Positions 36,439 to 46,831 are shown, counted from the stretch's first letter. The stretch: DNA of 64,000 bases from Pseudomonadota bacterium (GCA_031416315.1 JANOTL010000031.1:12816-76815); one strand, 5' to 3'. Numbers and translations: made by a program. Notes: generated from the sequence alone by a model not told the origin.

Positions 36439-39035
36439 TGCGCGCGCCCTTCTGGCTGCGGCTCGCGTGGGCGGAGATTCGCGGCGGGCGCGGCTTCGCG
36501 GCGAGCTTCGTGCTCAATTTGGCGATCGGGCTCGTCGGCTTTCTTGCGGTCGACGCGCTGCGTGCCGCGGTGACGACGAACTTGGACCGCCGCTCGAAGT
36601 CGATCCTCGCGGCGGATCTGGGGATCTCGTCGAACGTGCCGTTTACCGACGAAGAGAAGGCGAAAGCGCTCGCGCTCCTGCCGCAGGGCTCGGTGGCGCG
36701 CGAAGAGACGGGAATGCTCTCGATGGTGGCGGCCACGGCCGCCGCCGAGCCCGAAGCTGGCGCCTCGAGCCGGCTCGTCGCCTTGCGGGCCATCGACCCG
36801 GCCTATCCCTTCTACGGCGCGCCGATGCTCCGCGTCGGTGGCGAGATGAAGCCCGGGGCCGCCGACGTCCTGCAGAAGGACCACATCGTCTGGGTCTATC
36901 CCGAGGTCTTGGCTCAGCTTGGCGCCAAGGTCGGCGACGAGCTGAAGATCGGCGGCACGCGTTTCCGCATCGCCGACGTCGTCGAGCAAGATCCCTCGAT
37001 CGGCGCCGTCGGGTTGGCGATGGCGCCGAAAGTCTTCATGGGCCGCGCCTTCCTGAAGGACACCGGCCTCGTCACGATCGGGAGCCGCGTCCAACATCAG
37101 GTGCTTTACAAAGTCCCTATCCCGGCCGATCCAGCAGAAGAGCTGACCCTCGTCGACGACCTCGCGAAAACGCTGCGCCAGGCCCTCCCCGGCCGCGAGA
37201 TGCGCGTCACGACGCATCGCAACGCCAGCGAGGACACCAACCGCCTCCTGATTTATCTCAACGACTACCTCGGCCTCTTGGCCCTCGTGGCGCTCTTTCT
37301 CGCGGGCATCGGCTCCCTCTACCTCTTCCGTAGCTTCCTTGCGAAAAGGAGCCGCGACATCGCGATCCTTCTCAGCGTGGGCGCGAAGCCGAGCACCGCC
37401 GTGCTGATCCACATCGTCCAGCTCGCGATCCTGGGCGCGATGGCGGCCCTCTTCGCGCTGGCGCTCACGGCAGGCGTCCTGCCGCTCCTGCCGAAGCTCC
37501 TCGGAAAGATCGCGCCGGAAGGGCTGACGCCGGGACTCACCTTCTCCAGCGCGCTTCTCGCATTCGGCATGGGCGTCCTCGGCAGCATCCTTTTCTGCTT
37601 GCCGACCCTTTTGCGCATTCCGACGATCAAGCCGTCGGCCCTTTTCCAAGAGGCCGCGCTGCCGGCGCCCGATCTGTCGCGTCGCCAGGTGATCTCTTGG
37701 CTCGTCATCGGCTTCGTCGCCTGGCGTCTCGCCGTCTACGAGGCGCACTCAGTGAAGGTCGGCACGATCTTTGTCGCCGGCGTCCTCGGGGCCAGCGTCG
37801 TGCTCGCGGCGCTAGGCTACGGCCTCGCCGCCCTCGCGGCGCGCGCCAAGCGCTTCTCCGGCTTTCGCTTTCGGCTCGCCGCGCTGGCGTTGGCCCGCCG
37901 GCGCGGCGCGACCCTCGCCTCGTTCCTGGCGCTGTCGCTCGGCGCGCTCCTCGTCACCGTCGTCCCGCAGATTCGCGGCATCCTCACGGACGAGTTCGCC
38001 ATGGCGAGCGGCGCGACGCCGCCGAGCCTCTTCATGTTCGACATTCAAGACGAGCAGCTCGACGGGCTCAAGAACTTGCTCAAGGATAAGCGAGTGACGC
38101 TGCAGTATGCGTCGCCGATGATCCGCGCGCGCCTCACGCACGTGAACGGCAACGAGCTGCCGAAAGCGGGCGAAGGCGAAGCCGACACCGACACGCGCGA
38201 GGGTCAAGAGCGCGAGCGGATGAAGTCGCGATCCTACAACCTGTCCTATCGCAGCGCGCTGGCGCCATCGGAGACCCTGGTTGCAGGAACGACCTTCGCG
38301 GCGAAGCCGGAGAGCGGCCTGCCGGGAATCTCGCTCGAGGTGCGCTTCGCCGAGCGTCTTGGACTCGGGCTCGGCGACAAGATGAGCTTCGACATCCAAG
38401 GCGTCGCCGTCGAGGGCGAGGTCCAGAACCTGCGAAAGGTGCGCTGGACGAGCTTCGAGCCGAACTTCTTCGTGCAGTTCGCGCCCGGCGTGCTCGAGGA
38501 CGCGCCCAAGACGCACGTCGCGATCGTGAGCGGGCTTGCGCGTGAGGCCAAGATCGCGTTGCAGACCGACGTGGTCGCGGCTTTCCCGAACGTCGCACTC
38601 ATCGACGTCGACGCCGCGGTGGCGCGCATCCTCGAGGTCGTGGCGCAGATCACTCGGACGGTCGCCTTCATGGCGATCGTCGCGCTCCTTGCGGGAATTG
38701 CCGTGCTGTACGCGATCGCCGCGCACAAAGCTCGCGAGAAGGCGCGCGACGTCGCCCTTTTGAAGGCGCTCGGCGCGTCGTTCGGCGCCGTCCGCGACAT
38801 GCTCGCAATCGAGTTCGCGCTTCTCGGCCTGGCGGCGGGCACTGCCGGCACGATTGCCGGCACCGGCGTGAGCTTCGTCGTCGCTCAGCTCGTCTTCGAT
38901 CGCAGCTGGCGCTTCGACCCGGTGATTCCCATCGTCGCGGCAATCTCGGTGACGGCGCTCTGCGTAGGCGTCGGCTACGTCGCGGTGCGTCGCGCCCTGG
39001 CGACGCATCCGGCGAGCCTGCTCACGGCGGGTTGA
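36438..39035 (+). CDS. FtsX-like ABC permease (YbbP-like)
   Basis: ILAADL, YPFYG, FMFDIQ, LRKVRWTSFEPNFF; two TM clusters. Confidence 0.9.
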   Translation: MRAPFWLRLAWAEIRGGRGFAASFVLNLAIGLVGFLAVDALRAAVTTNLDRRSKSILAADLGISSNVPFTDEEKAKALALLPQGSVAREETGMLSMVAATAAAEPEAGASSRLVALRAIDPAYPFYGAPMLRVGGEMKPGAADVLQKDHIVWVYPEVLAQLGAKVGDELKIGGTRFRIADVVEQDPSIGAVGLAMAPKVFMGRAFLKDTGLVTIGSRVQHQVLYKVPIPADPAEELTLVDDLAKTLRQALPGREMRVTTHRNASEDTNRLLIYLNDYLGLLALVALFLAGIGSLYLFRSFLAKRSRDIAILLSVGAKPSTAVLIHIVQLAILGAMAALFALALTAGVLPLLPKLLGKIAPEGLTPGLTFSSALLAFGMGVLGSILFCLPTLLRIPTIKPSALFQEAALPAPDLSRRQVISWLVIGFVAWRLAVYEAHSVKVGTIFVAGVLGASVVLAALGYGLAALAARAKRFSGFRFRLAALALARRRGATLASFLALSLGALLVTVVPQIRGILTDEFAMASGATPPSLFMFDIQDEQLDGLKNLLKDKRVTLQYASPMIRARLTHVNGNELPKAGEGEADTDTREGQERERMKSRSYNLSYRSALAPSETLVAGTTFAAKPESGLPGISLEVRFAERLGLGLGDKMSFDIQGVAVEGEVQNLRKVRWTSFEPNFFVQFAPGVLEDAPKTHVAIVSGLAREAKIALQTDVVAAFPNVALIDVDAAVARILEVVAQITRTVAFMAIVALLAGIAVLYAIAAHKAREKARDVALLKALGASFGAVRDMLAIEFALLGLAAGTAGTIAGTGVSFVVAQLVFDRSWRFDPVIPIVAAISVTALCVGVGYVAVRRALATHPASLLTAG

Positions 39036-40488
39036 GGTAGACGAGCGAGCTCGCGCGCTGCGGATCGCGCGGATCGGCCATGACGAGCTCGTCCTTCCCG
39101 TCGGCGTCCAAGTCGACCAAGATCGCCTCGGCACCGATCTCGGCCTCGAGCTTTGCCTCGCTCACGAGCCTGACGCCACCGCCTTCGGTCGTTACGTTCA
39201 TCACCTCGACGTACTGCTTGTCGCCGAAGAAGAGCGCGCGCTTTCCGGCGCCGAAACGCGTCGACCACAGCGGCAGTGCGCCTAGGATCGCGTTGAAGTT
39301 CTTGAAGTCGACCGGCCATTTGACGGTGTGGAGCAGGGCTTCTTCCTCGACGAGCTTTCCACCTCGGTTCTTGAACCAGACGAACTCGATCGTCGCACGG
39401 CGCGAAAGCACGATCCCCATCAGCTCCGACCAGCCGAGGTCGGCGACCGGAGCCACGAGGTCGGTCTTGCCGTCGCCGTCGAGGTCGAGCCATTCCTGGT
39501 AGTTGAAGTAACCTCGGCGCGACAGGGTTTGGTCGGCCTTGGTCGAGAAGGCGCCACCCGGCTTTTGGTGGTGGATGTAAAGCGTCGATTCCATGTCGGT
39601 GACGCTGAAGCGGCTCTTGCGGATCACGAGATCGGCCTTGCCGTCCCCCGTCAGCTCGACGAAATGGGTATAGACGCGAAGGCTCTGATCTTTGCGCTCC
39701 GCCTCCGTAAGTAGGGAGAACGTCTGTGCTGCGCCCGGCGTCGGCGGGAAGCCGCCGCTCGCGTTCTGAAGATGGCAGGCGACTCGCTCGTCCGCCGCCA
39801 AGCAGAGGTCCTTCCGCCCGTCGCCGTCGAAGTCGACGAAACCGACCTCGGCGAAGTCGATGCGTAGGGCAAAACGCTGCGTTCGCTCCAAGGCGTCGCC
39901 ACGGATCGGCTGGCCGAAGGGGCGGAGCTCGCCGATTTGCGGGACAGTGCCGACGCGCTTGCCGGCGCGGAAGAGCGCAAGACCCTCGGTGACGGGCAGC
40001 ACGACGAGCTGCGGCGCGTCCGCCGCCAACTCGAAGCACAGACGCATGCGCGGGAATTCCTCGCGTGCACGGTAGAGGAAGAGCGTCGGCGTGCGGATCA
40101 CTGGCGTCTCGCTGCCGACCGCGTAGATTCCGTCCGGGCGCAGGAGAACGACGGTGTTAGGCCCGTCGGGCGCGCCGAGCTTGCACAGATCCCAGCCGAC
40201 CGCAGCATCGGGAATCGCGACCGAGCGCGCGACTTTCAGCTTGGCGCCGTCCTTGTCGAACCAGACGAGCTTGCGAGACGGGAGGGACCCGGCGGCTCGC
40301 GCCCGCGTCTCGGCGAGGAAGACGGCGAGATCGCTGCCTTTCCCACCGGCTCGCGGCACCGCGACCGTCGCAAGGACGTCGCCGTCCAGACGGAGGCGCT
40401 CGGCGGCGGCGAGGGGCACGGCGACGAGGGGCACGGCGACGAGTGAAAAATACACAAATACGATAAATATTAGTATGTTACATGTCAT
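39022..40488 (-). CDS. Secreted FG-GAP/VCBS repeat protein
   Basis: DFDGDGRKDL, ELTGDGKADL, DLDGDGKTDL, DLDADGKDEL; signal peptide. Confidence 0.85.
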   Translation of the reverse strand: MTCNILIFIVFVYFSLVAVPLVAVPLAAAERLRLDGDVLATVAVPRAGGKGSDLAVFLAETRARAAGSLPSRKLVWFDKDGAKLKVARSVAIPDAAVGWDLCKLGAPDGPNTVVLLRPDGIYAVGSETPVIRTPTLFLYRAREEFPRMRLCFELAADAPQLVVLPVTEGLALFRAGKRVGTVPQIGELRPFGQPIRGDALERTQRFALRIDFAEVGFVDFDGDGRKDLCLAADERVACHLQNASGGFPPTPGAAQTFSLLTEAERKDQSLRVYTHFVELTGDGKADLVIRKSRFSVTDMESTLYIHHQKPGGAFSTKADQTLSRRGYFNYQEWLDLDGDGKTDLVAPVADLGWSELMGIVLSRRATIEFVWFKNRGGKLVEEEALLHTVKWPVDFKNFNAILGALPLWSTRFGAGKRALFFGDKQYVEVMNVTTEGGGVRLVSEAKLEAEIGAEAILVDLDADGKDELVMADPRDPQRASSLVYLNPP

Positions 40489-40489
40489 T

Positions 40490-40518
40490 TTGACTTCGAA
40501 ACCGACCTCGACTATAAA
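40490..40518 (+). promoter_or_regulatory. sigma70 promoter for rlmN
   Basis: TTGACT-N17-TATAAA with AT-rich upstream tract. Confidence 0.75.
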
Positions 40519-40562
40519 GTAATGCTTCTCGCCCTGATTTCTAATGAAACGAAGCCCATTCC

Positions 40563-41684
40563 ATGAGCGCCTCGATTCCCGCCAAACCGCATTATCTGAG
40601 CTTGTCCCCCGAGCGTATGCGCGAGCTCTTTGCGGGCTGGGGCGAGCCGGCTTATCGGGCTCAACAGATCAGCGACTGGGTTTTCAAGCGCCGCGCCGCT
40701 TCGCCCGAGGCCATGACCAATCTATCGCAAGCCTTGCGTCAGCGCTTGGCCGAAGAGTTCGCCTGGGACCTGCCGGAGATCGTCTCGAAGCTCGACGGCC
40801 AGGACGGCTCGACGAAGCTCCTCTTCAAGAGCGAGCGTGGCTACATCGAATCGGTGATCCTCCGCTACGAAGGCCGCACGAGTCTCTGCGTCTCGAGCCA
40901 GGTCGGCTGCAAGTTGGCTTGCAGCTTCTGCCAGACGGGCAAGCTCGGCTTCGTGCGCCACCTCTCTGCGGCGGAGATCCTCGCGCAGTACGTCACCGCA
41001 GAGCAGATCGTCCGTCCGGAGGGACGTCGCGTCTCTCACGTGGTCTTCATGGGCATGGGCGAGCCCTTGGACAACTACGACAACGTCGTCCAAGCCGTGA
41101 ACGCGCTGGTCCGCCCGGAGGCTTTCGGCCTCAGCGCGCGCCACGTCACAGTCTCGACCTCCGGCATGGTGCCGCGCATTCGGACGCTGGCCACCGACGT
41201 GCGCGCCGCGCTTGCCGTGTCGCTCCACGCCGCCCGCGACGACCTCCGCACCGAGCTCATGCCGATCAACCGCAAGTATCCGCTCGCGGAGCTGAAGGCG
41301 GCGCTCGTCGACTACCAAAAGGCGACCGGCGACAAGATCACGATCGAGTACATCCTCATCAAGGACAAGAACTGCGGCCTACGCGAGGCGAAGGAGCTGG
41401 TGAAGTTCATCCACGGCCTCAAGGCCAAGGTCAATCTCATCCCCTTCAACGCGCACCCCGGCTTGCCTTACCAGCGGCCGGAGGCCGAGGACATCCGGCT
41501 CTTCCAAAGCTACTTGGCGGAGCGGTCGACGCCGGCGCCGGTGCGCTACTCGAAAGGGCTCGAGGTGTCGGGCGCATGCGGTCAGCTGGCGGCAAAACAG
41601 CTCGAAAGCTTGGAGGAGACGCCGCTTCGGGCGCGCGTCCTCACCGAGGCGCGTCCCCATGCCGAAGTTCGCGCTCCGGGCTGA
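40563..41684 (+). CDS. rlmN: Dual-specificity RNA methyltransferase RlmN
   Basis: CVSSQVGCKLACSFCQTG, MGMGEP, SLHA, NLIPFN, GACGQL. Confidence 0.96.
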   Translation: MSASIPAKPHYLSLSPERMRELFAGWGEPAYRAQQISDWVFKRRAASPEAMTNLSQALRQRLAEEFAWDLPEIVSKLDGQDGSTKLLFKSERGYIESVILRYEGRTSLCVSSQVGCKLACSFCQTGKLGFVRHLSAAEILAQYVTAEQIVRPEGRRVSHVVFMGMGEPLDNYDNVVQAVNALVRPEAFGLSARHVTVSTSGMVPRIRTLATDVRAALAVSLHAARDDLRTELMPINRKYPLAELKAALVDYQKATGDKITIEYILIKDKNCGLREAKELVKFIHGLKAKVNLIPFNAHPGLPYQRPEAEDIRLFQSYLAERSTPAPVRYSKGLEVSGACGQLAAKQLESLEETPLRARVLTEARPHAEVRAPG

Positions 41685-41686
41685 GC

Positions 41687-43015
41687 TCAGTCCTTCCAGA
41701 GCTCGTCGATCCACGACGCTTTGCCGTCTTCCTGCGGCGTCTTCAGCTTCATCTTGCGGCGGATGCCGGTGATCTCCCAGCCGGTGAGCGCAGCGAGCGT
41801 CTGCGCCTCCTTCTCGAAGCGCTGGACCAGGCTCTTTTTGTAGCCGTCCGCTGCCGGGCACTCCATCGCGCCCGTCCATGGATGTTGGAGCACGTAGCGG
41901 CCCTGGAAATTATTGGTGTCGCTCGTGACTTGGAAAAGCAGGTCTTCGGGGAAGCTCTTGGCGTCGTAACGCAGGTGTAAGCGCGTCAGGAAGACTTTCG
42001 GCCCTGAGCCGCGCAGCGAGTCCTCGCCTTTGGGCAGCCAAAAGACGCCGAGCTTCCGCAGCTCGCTCGGGGTCAAGGGGTCGGCGGCGCAAGGATCGCA
42101 CCAGCCCATGTCCCAGGCGTACTCGAGGTAGACGGCCTTCATCGCGTCCTTCTTCACCTGCTGGTCGAACATGGCGCGGTAAAAGGCGGGGAACTCGTCT
42201 TTCACGTATACGGGCACGTTGTCTCCCGTGGCGATTTTCGCGCTGCGGTAGTTGGACGGCTCGACGCGCCCCTTCTTGGTCAAGGCGAAGACGAACAGCT
42301 CCTGGGGGCCGTCGGCGTTCAAGGTTCCGAGACGGATCGGCAGGTCGAAGCGGCTGGACTCGAAGGCGACCTGCAAGGGGCGCAGGTAGGTGAGGCCCGC
42401 TTTCGCCTTCTCCTTCAAGTTCACCTTCGCGACGAAGAACTTCATCTTGCGCTTGATGTAACCGGAGAGGATGGGGCCCGCGCCTTTCGGCAGCTTGTAG
42501 CCGTTCTGCTTCAGCCACGTCGAAAGGCCGTCGCTTTCCTTCGCCGAGAGGACGACGATGTCGTACTCGCCGACCGTGTACTCCGCTTCGACGGTGACGC
42601 CGTTTTTGGCGGCGATCTTGCCGACGCCGAGGCCGAGCTTCGAGAGGTTGACGCCGCTCGCGCTTCTCTGTTTCGTGGGCATGGGATTGCACGGGTCACC
42701 GTCGAAATACTCGACGACGCGCGGCGCGGAGTACGCGTCGAGGTGGTCGAGGAGATCGGGCGTCGCGACGTTCACCTGCTTGCGCTCGATGACCGAGGGA
42801 ACGGGCACGACCATGGCGAACTCTTTCGGGTCGCCTTGGTAGTCGCTCGCCATGGTGACGACGGTCCTACCGTCGTCGCGCACCAGGACGACCTTCGACG
42901 CCTTATTGAAGAGCTTGGTGTCAGCCTTGGCGACGTAAAAGCCGCAGAACGCTTGCGCGCTAGACGCGTACAGGACCAGGCCGAGCGCCAGCAGCGCCTT
43001 CGGAAGCTTTGCCAT
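41687..43015 (-). CDS. DUF2330 domain secreted protein
   Basis: AFCGFYVAKADTKLFNKAS, FAMVVPVP, EYAWDMGWCDPC, FLTRLH. Confidence 0.85.
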   Translation of the reverse strand: MAKLPKALLALGLVLYASSAQAFCGFYVAKADTKLFNKASKVVLVRDDGRTVVTMASDYQGDPKEFAMVVPVPSVIERKQVNVATPDLLDHLDAYSAPRVVEYFDGDPCNPMPTKQRSASGVNLSKLGLGVGKIAAKNGVTVEAEYTVGEYDIVVLSAKESDGLSTWLKQNGYKLPKGAGPILSGYIKRKMKFFVAKVNLKEKAKAGLTYLRPLQVAFESSRFDLPIRLGTLNADGPQELFVFALTKKGRVEPSNYRSAKIATGDNVPVYVKDEFPAFYRAMFDQQVKKDAMKAVYLEYAWDMGWCDPCAADPLTPSELRKLGVFWLPKGEDSLRGSGPKVFLTRLHLRYDAKSFPEDLLFQVTSDTNNFQGRYVLQHPWTGAMECPAADGYKKSLVQRFEKEAQTLAALTGWEITGIRRKMKLKTPQEDGKASWIDELWKD

Positions 43016-43841
43016 CGGGGACCTCATTGGCAAGGGGAAGGGGCCGCCCGGCGTGGGGACGGTCCCACGAATAGCGTGCGCCGCGCCACGCCTGATCCAG
43101 GAGCGGAGTGGCGAAGGACACCAAGAACAGCGCATAAAACAAGCCGCGAGGCTTGTACTCCCAGAACTGGACGTAGGCGCCGAGCGCGGCGACCGCGACC
43201 GCGAACACGAAGCGGCCGACGCGGCGGTCGGGCGTCGTCTTCGGGTCGGAGATCATGAAAAAGGCGAAGAGAACGAGCGCGCCGTTCTGCAGGTGATGCA
43301 GCGGGACTGTGACCGGGTCCTGGAGCCAGAGGGCTCGGCCGAAGACGATCGCGGCGTAGGCGCCGAGGAACATCAGACTGATGTCGGCTCGGTGCGCCCG
43401 AGTGACGACCATGACGCCGAGGGACGCCATCAAGAAAGCGAGGATGGCGGTCTGGCCCCATTGGCTAGGGCTGACCCAAACCTCCGGGGAGAACCAAAAG
43501 AGCAGGGCGGCGATCGCGCCGTTCGTCGGGTTGAAAACGTGCTTGCCGCGCCAACGCAGGGCGAACTTGCTGCCGATGGCGAGGAAGGCCGCGAAGCCCA
43601 GGTAGAACGGATTCTCGGCGCGCAGAAGGAGCGCGATGGAAAAGCAGGAAATGAGGGTGCTGCGCGCCTCGAAAGGGATCCGGGCGTAGCTTGCGCCGAG
43701 AAACTGCGTGCATAGGCCGATGGTGACGATCAGCGCGAAGCCGACCTTGGAGACGTCGAAGTCGAGCACGAAGGTGCCATAAAGCAGGAGGCTTCCGAGC
43801 ACGGCGAGTTGAAAGTCGCGCGGGTCGCGGAATGGCCTCAT
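42960..43841 (-). CDS. Orphan RnfD/NqrB-like membrane protein
   Basis: SKFALRWRGKHVFNPTN, FAFFMISDPKTTP; about 8 TM. Confidence 0.8.
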   Translation of the reverse strand: MRPFRDPRDFQLAVLGSLLLYGTFVLDFDVSKVGFALIVTIGLCTQFLGASYARIPFEARSTLISCFSIALLLRAENPFYLGFAAFLAIGSKFALRWRGKHVFNPTNGAIAALLFWFSPEVWVSPSQWGQTAILAFLMASLGVMVVTRAHRADISLMFLGAYAAIVFGRALWLQDPVTVPLHHLQNGALVLFAFFMISDPKTTPDRRVGRFVFAVAVAALGAYVQFWEYKPRGLFYALFLVSFATPLLDQAWRGARYSWDRPHAGRPLPLANEVPDGKASEGAAGARPGPVRV

Positions 43842-43843
43842 GC

Positions 43844-45082
43844 TTAGTTGCTCGTGCCGCCGGAGTCGTCGCCTCCGCCGCCCTCGTCTTTTTTCGGGCC
43901 AATTGGAGCGCCGCCGCCGCCACGAGGTCCGCGATCGCCGCGGCTTTGTTGCTTGCCGCCGCCGCCGCCGCCGCCGCCACGAGGCCCGCGATCGCCACCG
44001 CCACGAGGACCGCGGTCGCCACCGCCACCGCCGCCGGCACCACCGCCGCCGGCACCACCGCCGCCGGCACCACCGCCACCGCCGCGAGGTCCGCGCCCAC
44101 CCTGTGGCGGCTTCGCCTCACCGACAGGAGCCTTAGGCTTGTCGTCCAGATCGGTGAGCGACGCGAGATCGAGGTCCTCGCCCCACATCTCGGCCTCCGC
44201 CGCGTCGCCTTCGGGGCCGTCGTCGACCTCCTGCGGCGCACGCTCCTTCTTCTCCAGGATCTCGATGTCCTTGAGCTTCACCGTCACGAGGCGCTCGTCC
44301 TCGGTCAGGAGCAGAAGATTCTGGTTCAGGACGTCGCCTTTCAGCACTGTGCCGATGATCCCGTCCTCGGGATGACGCACGCGGGTCCCGCGCGGTGGAA
44401 TCTTTTTCCGCAGCTCGGTGTAGAGGTCGTTCTCGTAGGTCAGGCAGCACAAGAGCCGGCCGCAGCCGCCCGAGACCTTGCTCGGATTGAGCGCGAGGTT
44501 CTGGTTCTTCGCCATCTTGATCGAGACGGGCACGAACTCGCGCAGGAAGCTCGAGCAGCAGAACTCGCGGCCACAGATCCCGAGCCCGCCGACGAGCTTG
44601 GCCTCGTCCCGCGCGCCGACCTGCTTCAGCTCGACTCTGGCTTTGAACGAGATCGCCAGGTCTTTCACCAGGTCGCGGAAATCGACGCGGCCGGCGGCCG
44701 AGAAGTAGACGATGACCTTGTTGCCGCCGAACTGCACTTCCGCCGTCAAGACGCTCATCTTCAGCTGTAAGCGCTCGCAGCGCTCCTTCGCCATGCCCAC
44801 GGCCGCTTCCACGGTGAGCTTCCGCGTCTCGTCGAGGTCGCGCTTGGTGGCCACGCGCATGATCGGCTTCAAGGACTTCGCATCTGCGTCGCCCTTCAGC
44901 TCGCCACGGAGGCCGTAGCGCAGGTCCGCGACTTTGGCTAACGATGGACCGCGCTCGGTGTCGACGATGACGTCGTCGCCGACCTTGAGATTCAGGCCGC
45001 CGGCGCTGAAATCGTAGATGCGGCCGGCGCGGCGGAACTGAACGCCGACCACGTTGATGCCATCCAGACTGGACATTGCCAT
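43844..45082 (-). CDS. ricT: PSP1/RicT (YaaT) family Fe-S regulatory protein with Gly/Arg-rich tail
   Basis: RVDFRDLVK, GARDEAK, GICGREFCC, MAKNQ, GGCGRLLCCLTYE; downstream of tmk-holB. Confidence 0.9.
   Translation of the reverse strand: MAMSSLDGINVVGVQFRRAGRIYDFSAGGLNLKVGDDVIVDTERGPSLAKVADLRYGLRGELKGDADAKSLKPIMRVATKRDLDETRKLTVEAAVGMAKERCERLQLKMSVLTAEVQFGGNKVIVYFSAAGRVDFRDLVKDLAISFKARVELKQVGARDEAKLVGGLGICGREFCCSSFLREFVPVSIKMAKNQNLALNPSKVSGGCGRLLCCLTYENDLYTELRKKIPPRGTRVRHPEDGIIGTVLKGDVLNQNLLLLTEDERLVTVKLKDIEILEKKERAPQEVDDGPEGDAAEAEMWGEDLDLASLTDLDDKPKAPVGEAKPPQGGRGPRGGGGGAGGGGAGGGGAGGGGGGDRGPRGGGDRGPRGGGGGGGGKQQSRGDRGPRGGGGAPIGPKKDEGGGGDDSGGTSN
43909..44100 (-). repeat. Gly-rich coding repeats (GDRGPRGGG, GAGGG)
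   Basis: 15-bp and 24-bp GC-rich tandem units in the ricT 3' end. Confidence 0.8.
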
Positions 45083-45101
45083 GAGGCTCGGATCCTTCGG
45101 T

Positions 45102-46082
45102 TCAAATGAGGGCGAAGCTCTCGGCCACGAGCTGGGCGCTGATCGCGACCCTGCCGTGCGCCGTCGCTCTACGCGCGGCGCGCAGCTTCGTGCGGCGCGC
45201 TTTGGCCCGGCGCGCCTCGGTGACGGGACGCCCCGTGAGCAAACTGTCATGATAGCGTGCGTTCAGCTCGATCTCGAGCGCTTCGAGGAGGCTCGAGGCC
45301 GGGGCGCCGCGCAAGGACTGCGCCGCGTCGAACAGGCCCAGACGGTCGGGCTCGACGAGGTCTCTGGCAGTTCCTTCGAGCGCATGCACCGCACCACGCT
45401 CCAAGGCCCGCAGCGCCTCCCCCGGCGCGCCGCCGGCGAGCTTCGCGATGCGCTCCAGGGCGCCCGGCTCCTCGGGCAAAGTGAGGCCGCGCTCCGCCGC
45501 GAGCTCGGACACGATCGCGACCAGCTCCGCATACGGGGGCGGGGCGACGCGCCAGGCGACCGCGCGCGAGCGGACGGTCGCCAGGATCGCCCCCGGCCGC
45601 GAGCTGGTGAGGACGAAGCGGGCGCCATGCGGCGGCTCTTCGAGCGTCTTCAGCAGGCGATTGGCCGCCGGGACCGTCAGCCGATCCAGATCCTCGACGA
45701 GAACGACGCGAGCGGCAGCCCCCGACTGCGGCCGCAAGCTGACGTGCTCTTGCGCCGACTGCGCCGTCTCGAGGTCGATCGACTCACCGTCGTTCGCCAA
45801 ATGCAAGATCTCCGGCTGGACGCCGGCCAAGGTCATGCGGCAAGAGTCACACGCGCCGCAAGCGTCGCGGGTGTCGCACAGGAACATCGCCGCCAGCTCG
45901 GCGGCGAGCAAAGTCTTGCCGAGGCCGCGGCGGCCGACGAGGAGGACCACCGGAGGCAAGGTGCCGCCCTTCACGCTCTTCTGCAATGCGGCACGCGTCG
46001 AGGCGAGCCCTCGTAGGCGACGCCAGTCGGGATAGGCGGGCCCGCTCGGCTCGGGGAGGGCGGCGGTGCGGATTTTGGCCAT
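45102..46082 (-). CDS. holB: DNA polymerase III delta' subunit
   Basis: GRRGLGKT, CGACDSC, AANRLLKTLEEPP, TVRSR. Confidence 0.88.
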   Translation of the reverse strand: MAKIRTAALPEPSGPAYPDWRRLRGLASTRAALQKSVKGGTLPPVVLLVGRRGLGKTLLAAELAAMFLCDTRDACGACDSCRMTLAGVQPEILHLANDGESIDLETAQSAQEHVSLRPQSGAAARVVLVEDLDRLTVPAANRLLKTLEEPPHGARFVLTSSRPGAILATVRSRAVAWRVAPPPYAELVAIVSELAAERGLTLPEEPGALERIAKLAGGAPGEALRALERGAVHALEGTARDLVEPDRLGLFDAAQSLRGAPASSLLEALEIELNARYHDSLLTGRPVTEARRAKARRTKLRAARRATAHGRVAISAQLVAESFALI

Positions 46083-46759
46083 CAGGAGCCCCCAGCGACC
46101 GGGTAACGGGAATCCATCTGCGCGAGGGCGCGCTCCAGGACGCGCTCCGGCAGCTCGGTCGCATCAAGGACCATGATGCGGTCCGGGTGGCGCTTTTGCA
46201 ATGCGAGAAAGGCCTGGCGCAGGCGCTCGTGGACGCTCGCGCGCGCCTCGTCGAAGCGCCGCACGCCGTCCTCGTCGGGGCTGCGACGCGCCAGGCGACC
46301 CATCGAGATCTCGACCGGGCAATCGAGCAGGAAAGTCAGATCCGGGTCGAGATTTCCCGTGGAAAAAGCGATCAATTGCTCGAGCTCCGCCGCCGGCACG
46401 CCGCCGAGGATCCCTTGATAAGCCCGCATCGAGTCGTGATAGCGGTCGGTGACCACCCAGGCGCCCCGCTCCAAGGCGGGCCGGATCAGGCGGCCGACGT
46501 GCTGAGCGCGGCCGGCGGACACGAGGAGCGCCTCGGTGAGCGGCAGGAGCGGGTCGGCGTCGGGTGGCGCCCCGAACAAGGCGCGGATGCGATCGGCGGC
46601 CGGGGTGCCGCCGGGCTCGCGCGTGGTCAAAACCTCGCGACCGCGGGTGCGTAGGCCCTCGGCCAGCCCCGAAAGAAGGCGGCTCTTGCCCACGCCCTCG
46701 CCGCCCTCGATCGATAGAAAGCGTCCCCGAATAAGTGCCAACCTCCTAAAACCGCTCAT
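46082..46759 (-). CDS. tmk: Thymidylate kinase
   Basis: IEGGEGVGKS, TREPGG, RAQHV, TDRY..S..AYQG, PDLTFLLD; start uncertain. Confidence 0.93.
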   Translation of the reverse strand: MSGFRRLALIRGRFLSIEGGEGVGKSRLLSGLAEGLRTRGREVLTTREPGGTPAADRIRALFGAPPDADPLLPLTEALLVSAGRAQHVGRLIRPALERGAWVVTDRYHDSMRAYQGILGGVPAAELEQLIAFSTGNLDPDLTFLLDCPVEISMGRLARRSPDEDGVRRFDEARASVHERLRQAFLALQKRHPDRIMVLDATELPERVLERALAQMDSRYPVAGGS

Positions 46760-46831
46760 GAATCTGGCGAGCGTAGCAGCCCACCCAGAGGCGGTCAAGC
46801 AAATCCCGAGAGACGATTCCCGGACTCGCGC

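Noticed and set aside
43909..44100. CRISPR-like or VNTR array
   Set aside because: In-frame Gly-rich coding repeats with no spacers and no cas genes
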